A stretch of DNA of 64,000 nt. It comes from Carcharhinus amblyrhynchos. Its lineage: Eukaryota. Of the stretch, positions 1-12,849 are shown piece by piece. The notes under the pieces are model-generated. The model had not been told where the DNA came from. It saw nothing but the letters and a program-made list of their open reading frames with translations, and did not search any database. How positions within the stretch are numbered: position 1 is the first letter of the stretch; each line of letters opens with the position of its first letter. Made by a program: the position numbers and the translations under genes. Location: assembly GCA_965287045.1 (NCBI GenBank), contig OZ336882.1:36332001-36396000 (forward strand), in the 5' to 3' direction.

Positions 1-75
1 AGTCACAATCTTATTGAATGGTGGAGCAGGCTTGAGGGAGCTTGTGACCGACTCTGGCTTCCATTTCTTTACACA
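1..75 (+). mobile_element. CR1 LINE 3' tail fragment
   Basis: attgaatggtggagcaggcttgagg... resembles a typical CR1 3' terminus. Confidence 0.55.
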
Positions 76-2134
76 CTCCTATCCTTCCTGAAGTGCAGCA
101 GCCAATCTGAATGCAGCACCCAATCCAGATGGAGCTCAAAAACACTACAAAAACTGAAGAAAAACTTTAGCCTCCGTGTATACAACATTAGCCTTTTTGA
201 TTACTTTTGTATTAAAGCAGTAGCTTTCAATAATTTGTGTATCTGAGTATCCAAACACTTCGCTGCTACACAATTTCTAGATTCGCACCATTTTAAAAAA
301 AAATTACCTTATATGTATTTCCTTCCTGCAGTTTGCCACCTGCTCCAACCTTGCATTGGTTAGTATCCTAATCAGCCTCACCACAGCTTTCTTCCTTATT
401 CTCACAGGTACAAAGTACAGCATACATGTTGAACAGGATCAATTCTGGGGTCCCTTATTCTCTGCCTCCATTAAGTTCTCAATTTCCTACCATCAATCAC
501 ACACTGCTCTCTCTGTACCTCTCCAAACACTGACTGTTTTCTGTGGAGTAAACCACCCTGACGTTTCTCCAACTCCTTTTTGTGTGGGAATGTAATTAAC
601 TTGTGTTCGAGCTCAATGCTTCTGAGCCTATGTGACTCAGAATCAGAAATTTCCCATATATTCATCACAGACTGTCCACAATTCTGCCATCCAGACCCAG
701 TGCTTGTACTGCAATTATCACAAAATATATATTTATTTTGTTGCAGTTATTAATTTCTCTTCAAATACTTTTATTTCTCAATTTAGTGTAGTCAGTTACA
801 TATATTTAAAACAGTTTAGTTTCAGCCTTGCATCTTCCTTATTCAGTTAAAAAATTGCCCCTTAACCTACAATATAGTTAAATATTAAAGCATAAATAAA
901 TAATTAAACACTTAGCTTTTGTATCTTGGACTGTGCTGCTCCTTCCTCTGCATTGGCTATGGAGTCAAATTCTTCATTCTGTTTCAGTGCTGCCACAGTT
1001 TTGATATGCTGCACACTCTTTAAATACTCTTACCAGGAATGAACTGTGATGTTCCAATCTGTCACTCATTTATTGAGCTTCACAGTTATTGTACCATGGT
1101 TAAATGGCTCTAATGGGTTTAATCACTGTTGGTAGAAACAACTCCTTCACACTTCTTCCAAGATGGTGCATGGTCAGGTGATAAGACCTTGATAGCTGAA
1201 ATACCAATTGCGGCACAAAACAAAATACTTTTGTGAAATCATAATATGATTTTATGCAAACCTAAATTCAGAATTGAGTCAACAATGGATGCTAATAAAT
1301 AAATACTACTAGTGATGAAGTTGTTTTTAATTTGCACACTTCAAACCAAGCATGGTTATCATGTAAAGTATTAAAAAGAAATAGCATCCTTTTACAAAAC
1401 AATGAGACAAGTCTTAAGATCATATAACTTTGGAAAGCATTCATCTCAGTATCAAGAAGATCTCAGCTTTGCTATTGCATGGTTTGCTCAAAGACAACGT
1501 TGTCCAATAGAAATTGCTAACTAACTATAAAAATAGCAACAACACTCTTAACAGCATGCAACAGGTTTATAAGAACATAGTTTATATACAATACAAAAGC
1601 AAACGTGCTTCGTGTGCATATCCACAAATATCTAACAATTAGTTCAAAACCTTGCCCTTGGTCTTTCTCATTCAACAAAGTTTTGAATTCTGACATTAAT
1701 ATATTAGACAAAACACATTTCAGAGAAGCTTCTAAATCTTGTCCAGCAGTTGGAGGTGGTACTTTTGACATCAGAATGATTATCAAGTAGGTTGCCTTGC
1801 ACAATGAGTTGTGTCAGAGATGCCCTTGCTCACCATCCAGAATACAGTTGGATGGGGCTCCCTTGTTGGAACCACTTGTTATTGGTTGGACTTAGCAACC
1901 AGGTTGAAATGACTCTCCATGCAATGGTGATGTTTCCACCGTGCTGAATTCTGCTATTTTCCCCCAGGTCATAAAGCATTTTAACTGATAACCGATAAAC
2001 TGTAACCAAGCATGATCAAATGGCTACTTCTCATTTTAGCAAATTATGTAAATATATTAAAAGTGCATTGCTTACAAAATGAGTACTGAGGTGATATTCC
2101 TGATGATGGTATGTGTTACTTTTAAAAAAAAAAT

Positions 2135-2460
2135 CATGGGACGTGGGCCTCGCTGGCTAGGCCAGCATTTGTTGCCAAGCCCTAACTGCCCTCGAACTGA
2201 GTGGTATTTTAAAAGTCAAGCATGTTGCTGTAGACCTGGAGTCACATGTATACCAGACCAGGTAAGGCCAGATTTCCTCCCCTGAAGGACATTTGTGAAC
2301 CAGTTTTTTTTTTTACAATTGGCAAAGGTTTCCTGGTCATCATTAAACTTGTAATTCCAGATTTTTAAAAAATTGAATTCAAATTTCACCATCTGCCATG
2401 GTGGAATTCAATTCTGGGTCCCTAGATTACTAGTTCAGTGACAATATTACTATGCCACCC
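2135..2460 (-). mobile_element. Shark SINE, family shared with 42860-43140 and 58450-58810
   Basis: Shared motifs ctggagtcacatg, ctgaaggacatt.gtgaac, taattccagattt. Confidence 0.75.
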
Positions 2461-5400
2461 TGAACTCAATTTTCCTTATTCATCAAGATGTTCTTGGGCA
2501 CATGACATGGGTCAATTTATTGAAAAGAAAGTGGGGATCTGATATTATGAAATTGAACAGATCAAGCTAGATTTCCTAGAAACATATTGGACTGTTCAGT
2601 GTTTGTATCTATAGGTTCTGCAAGCTACCTCGGACTGGAACGCCTGTAGGTACTGAATGTCTTTTGATATTGACAAGATAGACAATTACTGCATAATGGT
2701 ATGGACTGAAGAGTAAAAACTGGATTGATGCTGAGCTATGCTCAGAAAGTAAACACTGAAGATGCAGAAACATTGTATATAAAATGTCTAAACTTGCATC
2801 CATAACTTCTAGTTTGCAGAAACCTTCAATGGATCTTCAATGTCAGTAAAACAGAGTAAAGGCTTTCTTCACTGCAGCAACAGAAAAAAAGAACCAATGC
2901 TCAGCTCAAGGACACTTTTAAAGACGAAGCAAGGAATTATGTGGCCGCCAAGCTCATCAACATGGCTACTTAATTATACTGACGGAATAAGTCAAATTCC
3001 AGCTTTATTATGCGAATCCGGGATTTGTATCCATGTTGTTATTCTATCTGTTTATAATTAAAACCACTGATATATAGTGAGGGAACTAGATTCCATTTTT
3101 TAATCGCAAGAGATTCTGGGATTTTTAACATTCCTGGGACTGAATTCTGTGATTCTATTTTTCTGTGAAAACTGTAAATCAGTTGCTCATCAGCATCTTA
3201 AAGAGACTACAACCATGGTGATTCTCTCTTGTTGACTATCTCGGCACACATACAGCATACTGAATGATTCATTCAAATGCTGTGCTTTTTGCATTACTGA
3301 AGTTTACGTTCATATCCAGTGTGTGTTCTCGACTCTAATTCAGAAAAGCGTAGTCTAACAAAGGAGAGACTGTACCTTTATTTGTATAAAATTTTATTGG
3401 AATTTAATGAGCTGGGATTAAACAATTCAGTAATAAGTATACACCAAACAATATTTTAATATTTATTTAGTGCTGATTTGACTAGATTTGTATTTATAAT
3501 CATTCTCCTTTTCAGTACACAACACTACAAGATCACAATCAAATCCGCAAGATATATTTATTTTCAGATAATCTTCATAAAATATCCCATGCATTTCTAA
3601 GAAAATTGATATGTTTCAAAATAAAATGCATCCATGTTCAGTAATACTGCAATATACAAGACCTTGATGCAAGATTTTTATCAATGTTTGAAACATTGAG
3701 ACACCAATCTATTTTAAATAAAACTTAGCTGCAAGTCAAAATTGTTAAAACATGACTTTTGTTCAAATTTACTTTTTTTAAACTAACTCTTTCATCTCTA
3801 GTCTAGTTCTCAAAGACACACAGTGGACCTTAGGTCAGGTCAGAACAAAGGTAATGTCACATAGCTGTTATTCCCACAGCCAGTACAGCATTAGCCTTCA
3901 GTACTGTGCATATACAAATTATGAAGAGTAGAGATTTTGTCGTACATACTTTTGAAATACTTACAACAATTATATTTGTGTATTAATTATATTTTGTATT
4001 GTGGCATGCCCCTCCTGTGTCACAAATTCACATTGTTAAATGTTATGCAAAAATTTTCTAACAGGAAATACAATGTTCAAATGTCAATACTTACCTGCAA
4101 GATTCTATGCTATGCCACTAGATGGCATTTTATCTCCCCCTTCCCCCCACCCCTAAATCCAAACCCCCAACAACACAAATTATTCAAGACACTTTGAGAT
4201 TGAAGTAACTGAAATGTATAATTCTGAAATATGATTTAAACAAAATTTAAGAAAGACATTTACATATTTTACAATCACGTTCAAATTTGTCACTTGAATT
4301 GTCTTTGATTGTCTTCATTAAAGTTTTTATTTAAAGGCTTAATCTCGCTCCTGGCTTAAACTTGATGTGCTGCCCCGAACCAGGCCTCTGTTACTGAAGG
4401 CAGATTCTGCAGTCTGATTATGTGCAGTGCATCCAACTTCCCATGATGCACCAACAGCATTTACTCAGCTGAACCACTGGAACATTCTTCAGCATCTAGA
4501 AACTCCTGCTCAGTTGTTTTTCAAAATTATTTAAAGGAAAGCAAAATGGCAAATTTTGACATTCGTTTTTAAATGTAGAGGGTGTGTGCATCTGTGTGCG
4601 GAACAGAAAAGAGAAACGACATTGATTACTCTTCAGTTAAAGATTATATTTTGCAAAATTTTAAGTTCAGAAAGCAGATCAGAAACAGAGAAAGTGGTGT
4701 TTTATTTCAAATTGCCAGACAGGCATAAAATAGCAGTTGGAGATTGGTTACCTATTGCAGAAGCCACTTTATTTTCATAAAGTTAAAACTGGGATATTTC
4801 AATAATGGGCGGTTGATTGATTTTATCCAAATTTTATACCTAGCAGCAAGCTGAAAATGTACTCAAGTGTCTTTCCTCATCCTTATTTGAGTTTATTTAA
4901 ACAGTTAAAATTTAAAACAAATAGGATGCCTTCTGTTACCAGCTGCTTATCACCTGTGTTTTGTTGCTGGTTAGAAACTTTAAACATATTAAAATTGTCA
5001 GGCAGAGATTGTGGAAGGGGAGATTTTTATTTTAATTTGAGTTGCTTTTTCAAAGAAAACTTACATTGAAAAAGAAAGAAAATCTTTATTAATCACCAGA
5101 TTAGCTTTGATGCTGATTTGAATGTTTACATTTTCTTATAGCTGTGCTAAATATTGAAGTAGTACGAGGAGGGAGGGGAGAGATTGAAATACTAAAGATC
5201 ATAATACCACAATTAATATTTGCAGCAACTTAAATTATTTAAAACATGACATCTAGCCAATGCTATCAAGACCCCTACCTTTCCCTCTTCCATTTTAGCT
5301 GACAGATACAAGGAATGACAAATTAAACCTCACATTCTATCGTTACATATGCCAAAGCTCAGGAATACCTTCTGCAGTTCTAAACTCAGGTTCTCCTCAA

Positions 5401-8239
5401 CTATAATGCCGTGCCAACCTGCCCACCTCCACAACTACTAAACATCAGAAGTGTGCTGAACATCAATACCTCATCCAAGCTCTAATACCAAAGTATTTCC
5501 TCAAAGCCAACACATTCCCAATGTTCTCCAAATACAGTTAGTAAAATGCTCAAACACTCCCCTCATGACGCAGCATCTGTTCAGCAGGAGAGTTTAGAGC
5601 ATTGATTCACATATACATTGAAGTGTTAATCTTTTCCCCTTTCCTGCACAGAGGTTGCCTGGCTTGCTGAATGTTTTTGCATTTTGTGTATCACTTAGAG
5701 GACTACCACCATCTATTTTAGCTAAACACAACTCTTTCTCCAGTTATTTTCAAATGTCTTGCGATCTACCTGCAAATGGCGATTGTTGTGTACCATCTTT
5801 CCATGTATACTGGGCTTTAAAAATAGTGACATTTTCAATTCATAACAGAATATTACAATGAATACCTGTTTATGATTTTCACAGAATTATAGCCAGAATT
5901 CAATCCTCAAAGCACCAGTAGAAAAAAATCTACAATAGAAATTTGACCTATTCAGTTGCCAACGTTCTGCCCTATCGCTCAGAATCAACCTTACTATTAT
6001 AAAACTGAGTTTTCTATGGATCCATGATGACATGACAACACGGCGATCATTTACGTTCCAAGGCACTTTCTGGGTTGGTGTACCAAAGTTAGTAGACATT
6101 ACTGGCTATTAGTATCTGATTCATAACCTATCCAAAGTAGTTACCATTTGCTTTCCCTGCTCAGTAAATATCTCTAACTGAATCATAGCTGTTTCATACT
6201 TGTCAAGAGATTATAAATCCTGCAGCCGTTCAGTGAAGGGCTAAAGGGTAATAATTACTATGTGAAATTGAGACTAAATTCTCATATACTGCTGATCATG
6301 TAGTTACAGAAACAGGCAGTGAGCAAAGCATAATATGAGCTATGGATTTTCCAAAAGGAGAATTCCCAACTTTGGAAACTGATGGGAATAGTTGTTTGAA
6401 GCAGCATTGAGTGCAAGAAGCGTGGTCAGAGATGGAAATGGGAAGGGGGGAAAATTTGACAGAGACGAAGACGTAGGAGGTCTGAGGCAGATTAAGTACA
6501 AAATAAAGAAGGAAGTTGATGCTCGAGTCATATTCATGAGAAAATTAGGCCCTCAATAAAGGTGACTCATTTTGGAAAATTCTTACTAATCTCTAGTAAA
6601 GTTTTTCACACGTTTTAAGCAAAATTACCTTCGCAGTTGTGTGTCATAATAAAAATCAACTGTAATTTAAAAAAACTTACTGCATTCTTAAAATTACAAA
6701 ACCAATGTGCAGAGTGGGTCAGACAAGCCTGAACCATCTCCTTGCTTGCTCCACAAACTAAGTTCAAATTGAATTCAACTTATGGTCCCCACATTGGAGA
6801 CAAACAAGATCCAAGCTGGCAAGATAAGGCATTGCACCCCATCTGGAACATGATCTGATGCTTGATCTTTGCCAAAAGACTGCGAATTATATGAAGGAGG
6901 AGGAAAGAGAGGGAATAAAAATAAATATACAGCAAGGGACAGAAAGAACAACACAAGCAGTGAAGTGATTGGAGATAGGATTAACAAATTCAGCTTCATG
7001 TGATTATGTTAGCAACCTACCTAGATACCAGTAGGAGGAATCACTGAGAAGAGGCACTGAATATAAGAGAATGGGTAGGGAGATACACATCGAAAGACAG
7101 ATGAGAATAAACCATTCTTTCCCACTGGGATAGCTTTTGAATTTGGCATCTTTATTTTAGCTATTGCAATTGACGAACACAAATTCAATGCCATATTTTC
7201 TGTCTCAATATCAAGGAGAAAATTTCAAAACTAATCCTTTACTAAATACAAGAGAAAGCTTGAAATGTGTTTTTAAATTAATGGAGGATAGCTGGTTACA
7301 AAATGAAACCTAGCATCGAGAGATTTTAGAATTCACATTAACCCACCATTCAATTTGTATACTACAATCTAAATAATAGGGAGTATCCATTTGAATCATA
7401 TTTGATTATATTGAGTTTTGGGAAGTAATTCAGAATCGCAGGCTCAGACAATCTGTTGGAAGTTTTTAGATAAGACTTTTCGAATTTGTTCAACATTAAA
7501 AAGCTAATTCAGTCTCGTTAAATGGTGCAAGGTCTAGATAGTTGTCACCTGCACGACTTGAGTATTTTAATTCAAGAGGAACAGAAACATTTTACAGCAG
7601 ATCAGAAATGTTAAACACTCAGTTTGAATCTTCAATACCTCACTGCAAAAATCTCAAGGTGTACATCAATATTAATACAATATAGTAATATATACTAGGG
7701 CTGATCAATGACAATAGTTGCAGCATCCGAAAAAACAACTTGTTATCTATGCCTTAAATACAAAAGATGTTCATTGTAACTAAAATATACAGCATTAGAC
7801 CTCATCTGTTTCCTTTAAAGAAATTGTATCAAACTTTTTTTCCATGCTTAATCTTCTTAAAGTCCTAAAAGATTCTGATTTTGCATACATGTAATAAACC
7901 ATAGCTCTGCCACTTCAGCAGATCCTTAATCTATTTTATAGTCTTCCATTTTTCTTGCAATATAGTATTGTTTAAAAAATATTAAAGTTAAATCAGAGGT
8001 TAAGTTGTAACATCACTAAAGCAGCACAGAAATCCTGATCACATGATGAAACATAATTCAATAAAATTAAAGATTAAAATATACATGACACTATGAAACT
8101 ACAGTCCATGGGTTATAAATTTACTCTAATCTTCACTCTAATGATAAAACTGTAGTTGAATTAGAAGTTGTGGCTATACTCACTAAACAGCTTTAAATAC
8201 TTGGATCATAGAGAAGCATTCTAAAATGGTCATGCAACC

Positions 8240-8720
8240 AAGATTACGGCATATATGGCATCATTCAGCCCATCATGTCTGTATCAGCTCATTGCTAGAG
8301 AAATTTGAATCCCATGGCCCTCTACTCATAGCTTTATAAACTCCTCTGCCTCAAATATTTACTGATTTTTTTTCATTTTTAAATAAAAAAGTCTCTGTTT
8401 CACTCACTGCTATGCCGAAGTATTATATTCTCCACCAACCATCTGCCCCATTCAGCAGTTACTTTAAATTGATAATCCCTCATCACTGACTCCCTAAACA
8501 GAAAAAAGTCCTAACATTTCATTTCTTTTTTTAAAAAAAAGCTTGATTAAAACTCCTGTTAGCTTTCTCTGCTGCAGTGTTAATTGGCCCAATCTGTCAA
8601 TTCTTTCCCACTGTTTCCAATCTCTGACAATGCCCTGGTGAACCTATGCCAATTATTATTTCTAAAATGAGCCACCCAAAATTGCAGCATTCTAGTTGTC
8701 ATTTATATAAATTCATTTTT
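8240..8720 (-). mobile_element. Old CR1 LINE 3' fragment
   Basis: Reverse-oriented tail (tcattcagcccatc) and ctggtgaacct RT C-terminal remnant. Confidence 0.5.
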
Positions 8721-9099
8721 ACTCAATGGTATTACTTCACAGCTTTACTGACCTGCATTTTCAGGCACTTGGATATTTGAACTTGTGTCTTCATGTAAAC
8801 TTTCAGGTATTTTTTTCACAAAGCCTGCACCTCAATCCTTTGCTTTTTGCCCCAGACCTCACATTTACTCCTATACAACAGAATTTCTCTCATGCTTGCC
8901 CACTTTGTTAATCAGTTTTATCTCCTTGGTCTTTTACTGATCTCTTGACAAACTTCTGAACTTGTGTCTCAGCAGCCTTCAAGATTGAGCTCCATAATAC
9001 CAAGTCCAAAGTATCTACTAAACATTTTCTGAACAAAACTGAACCCGGCACTGTTACCATTTCCAACTCTTTTCTGGTTTGTATAAAGCTCATCAGATT

Positions 9100-11550
9100 T
9101 TTCGTTCACGCGGAGGACAGACTGGAGCTGGATTTGACTATTTCCGCAATGCTGTATTGTCGACACTTTTTTTTCCCGAACTGTGTAGAATTCTGCGCCC
9201 TTTTATCCCACCCCTTGGGTTTAATAGGGGATTCAGCTGCTGCATTTCCTTTTAAACCCAACGTCTGGGTTTCTTTTTCAATCATGAGAGATACCGTGCC
9301 AAACATTTCAAAAACAAATCTATCCAGCAACTTATTCCCTCCTTTCTTAAAAACAAATCAGTGCAAACGTTTAATCTTTGTGATGTTAATCTAACTTTAC
9401 CCGATACCCCTACTTCTTTTTCCTCGATTTGATTCATCCTCTTTATTGTCCCCGTGTGAACATTTTGCGCTCTCTGCAGCTCGGACTTTGCCGCCGACTG
9501 TCTGCCTTTTTAAAAAAATTGCTCCGATTCCCTCCCATTTCACCGAATAGTCCGCGACATCCCTTTTGCCTTCTTCCTGGAGTGCCAAACAATCTCTAAA
9601 CTATTTTGTGGTCAACGAAATATAATTATTCGAATTTTACTGAAGTTTTAAAGATGAAAGCTTTTTTCTAAAACAGAAGATCCTCAGCTTTATAAAAACC
9701 ACGCTTCACTTCACTGCTTTTATTCATCATCCGGCCTGGGCCGGACAAAAGCCAAGCAACACGAGTGTACACACTTCAATAATTGAAAACTGTAAATTTC
9801 AAAGCAACCGCTTTAAAATACACGATTGTAATTCTTTTATCTAATCTCAATATGAGAAAAACTCACAAATCCGAACCAGAAACGTAACAGTGTAAGCATA
9901 ATGTCGGGCTGAAGTCGTGACGTTGCCCATCACACTCAAACCCAGGAGTGACTATTAAACTAGAATTGCCAGGTTTTGTCAGAAGGCTGTTACTTCAGTC
10001 AAGGCAATTTCCTTCAACATAATTTAACCTCCAGATTGCTTGGAGAGCTTCACGTCCAGTATTTATCTTTCCATACATACGTCCAGTATGTTTCTTATAG
10101 AAAAAAAACATCGGTTGGACATTTTTTTAAATTTAAAAACAAACTGGTTAAAGGTTAAATAATGAGCGTTCGTTAACTTATCCAAAGCAATCGCTCAGGA
10201 CAGATCACTGCTCTTTCTAAGTTTAGTCAAAGGATGCCTTCTTTGAAATCTGCTGTTCTGCAATCTTAACTCACCTCGGGCGCCCTTGAATGTGTTTTGC
10301 TCCCCTGAAACTGACGACTGACTAACCGGTAACTCTGATCAATACCTTCTTCGAAGAGGTTTGAGTGCGGAATGAACAGGCGACATCACCGATTAATAGT
10401 TGTTAGTGATTAAACAGACCGGATATACCGCCATAGCTGTCCATGGGATTGTAGTTAGTCAGTCCAGTAGTTTATGCTGTTCATGCATTTATCATTGTAA
10501 TGAATGCAATCACAAACGTCCCATTTCTGGGACCAGTTTTCGGCTGGTCCTTGAATTTAAACATTGCAGCTCCCTGCAATGCGCAGAACATTTTACACAT
10601 ACACACATATATATAGAAACGTACATATCGTCACCTTCTCAAGGGCAAACTAGGGATGGGCCATAGCCAGCGACCTCCACAATGAATTTTAAACAGATTT
10701 GTGTATTGTGATATAGCTTTTCATTTAGATTCGTGGCATTAAGTTGAACATGACCTGATTCTGATCAGGTGGTGATATTCAAGAACGTTTCCTTGTAACA
10801 AAATCCTGCAGTGTTTTTGAACAAACTGGCGCTCCGGCTTATTCCCACTTGTTCGAAAATGACAGGTCAAATATTGAACTCATTTGTTCCGTCGAACGGT
10901 TTCTGTTTTTAGCCGTTCCAGTTATAAATACGGAGTTAATCGAGATTGATTAATCTCGGTGTTTAGATTTAGCGTGGAGATTTCTTTCAACACAATTGTA
11001 CTCGTCAAAGAGCCGGGTTTTCTCATTTAAGATCCGACTATGCGAACTGGGTGCGTGACAGATAGTCCAATCGTCCCAGTGCCTTCTCACAAAATATATT
11101 CGTCAATCAATTTGAATTTTAAATATAAAATCGGGCAAAAACTAACAGGAGTGACGATCTAACCCCACGTTAAAATAGGCCATAATTACAATAACGTTAC
11201 AATCTACAACATATTTTAAACAAACGGATCCATTCTCATGGATTTTGTCTACATGGCGGTTTCGGTAACCCGAAACATCCACGAGCAAAAACGAGAAATT
11301 GAAATTGCCGAAAGATTTTGTCCATCATACTAAGTCATTTTGTCACTTTAAGACAAGTGCTGTCTCTTCAGCTACAGACACCAATCTTGTTTTTTTTAAT
11401 GAATTAGAAGAATTAGGGGCTAAATTCGATAGTTATCGAAACTGGGCGCGGTGATCAACTCCCGCCTCTAGTTCGCAATGAGTCTGTTTAATATAAATAC
11501 AGTAGTTAACCAGGATTAACGGACTGATTAAAGGGCCAATGTGGTGAGTG
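9100..11550. promoter_or_regulatory. CpG-retaining, promoter-like region
   Basis: CpG visibly more frequent than in the flanks; CRE-like GTGACGT ~9918; X-box-like gtttccttgtaac ~10787; several MYB-like AACNG/CNGTT motifs. Confidence 0.4.
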
Positions 11551-12762
11551 GCCAGCACCAGCTAAAGCTGGCTTGCAGATCTAATAGGAAAGATTTTCTG
11601 TGGCTGGAAGCAGGTGATGGGAATGTTCTGTGATCTGGGAAAGGCAGAAGACTGGCACAACATAAGAGAATAGGATGCAAGGCTTCAAAGTGTACTCGAG
11701 ACTTTGGGTAGAAGAAAGTTGGAGAAATGTTCTGTATCTGAAGGGATTTGGGTATGTTCTATATCTATAAGGATCAGCGGGCATACGATCTGAAGGCAGT
11801 GTGAACTAATAGCCCTGGAGGTTAATGCCAGGACTCAGATTCCGGAAACCTGGATGCAGTGCAGTAACGACCTTTTAACGGTGAATGTATCTTCAAATGC
11901 AACATGTTATCAACTGCACCCCTAGCCTCAGACATTTCTCAATGCACTTGCCTACAATCTCCAACCGGGACTCCGATCTATCATTTGCATACTACATATT
12001 CAGCGTTGTTGCAAAGTGCCCTCAAAATCTCCATCTCAGTTTACACACACTGCCAGCTATTCAAACAGTCACATCAGCCAAACCAATTACACAACACTAA
12101 CACACTTGTCCCCTCTCTCGCAGGACACGACACACAAGAGATACAAGCCCGTCTAGATATTCTGATCTTGGAGAGGAGATTGTTCAAGCCATCACTGGGA
12201 TGCCTGCTGCCAATGACATGGCAACTGCCGGTGCTGAAACTCTCAAAAGAGGATGAACATAGGATAGTACAGCACAGTACAAGCCTCACACCTAATCCTC
12301 TTCCTCACCTCAGATATTCTCCTGATTTACAAGCTGCAGCTGGAGCAAACATTTTACTTTACTGCACCTAGCGCCTGGGTGTCTGAAAGAAGGAAATATA
12401 CAAGCGCAACTTGGCCAGACGGTATATGAACAAAAGCGTGATGATCAAGACACAGCATTATTACTTGATTTAACACAGCCATAAAAAAGATGTTTCGGGT
12501 AGTTGCCTTTTTTGGGGGCTGCCTTTCTTACTTTTTCCGAGTTTAACTTGGTTTATTTGATTGGCATCAAAAAGAAATATCATATCCTACAGACACGAAT
12601 CTTGCTCCTTAATGAATTAAAGAAATTAGGGGCTAAATTCGATAGTTGCCGAAACTGGGCGCCGTGATCACAATTTCCGCCTATAGTTCGCAAGGCAGGC
12701 TGTTTAATACAAATAGTGTCTAACCAGCATTAACTGACTGAGCAGAGGGCCAATATGATGAG
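11372..12762 (+). repeat. Diverged ~175-bp direct repeat (11372-11548 and 12587-12762)
   Basis: Both copies read ctacagacac.aatcttg...aattaggggctaaattcgatagtt..cgaaactgggcgc.gtgatca...tagttcgcaa...agggccaat.tg.tgag. Confidence 0.9.
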
Positions 12763-12849
12763 CAACTCAGTTATTGACTCTGTATGCAATTTAAAGGGTA
12801 GAGAGGAGGATCTAAACCTGGCAGCTAGGCCAAGGATAGTGCAGCTAAC

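Larger units (their letters stand above)
308..9600 (-). pseudogene. Decayed coding-like exons, distal group (approx. 308-866, 915-1195, 1500-1950, 2630-3040, 4095-4520, 5865-6100, 6681-6879, 8753-9600)
   Basis: Non-repeat segments with protein-like minus-strand translations broken by stops. Several have canonical sites: donors AAG|GTAATT (308), CAG|GTAAGT (4095), GCA|GTAAGT (6681), CAG|GTCAGT (8753); acceptor with long pyrimidine tract at 6880. ORFs 9397-9588, 9106-9330 and 8908-9093 are all in one frame. Confidence 0.5.

Noticed and set aside
1460-1510. Possible IGIP homolog
   Set aside because: Only a short nucleotide resemblance to my recollection of IGIP, no matching ORF, and far from PURA.
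4330-9093. Short TEX15-like peptide resemblances (SSLSQER, MPYLASLD, SFIQTRKELE)
   Set aside because: Very short, recalled from memory and not in TEX15 order; not accepted as homology evidence.
11904-12371. 155-aa plus-strand ORF
   Set aside because: No recognisable domain or splice context; lies between repeat copies.
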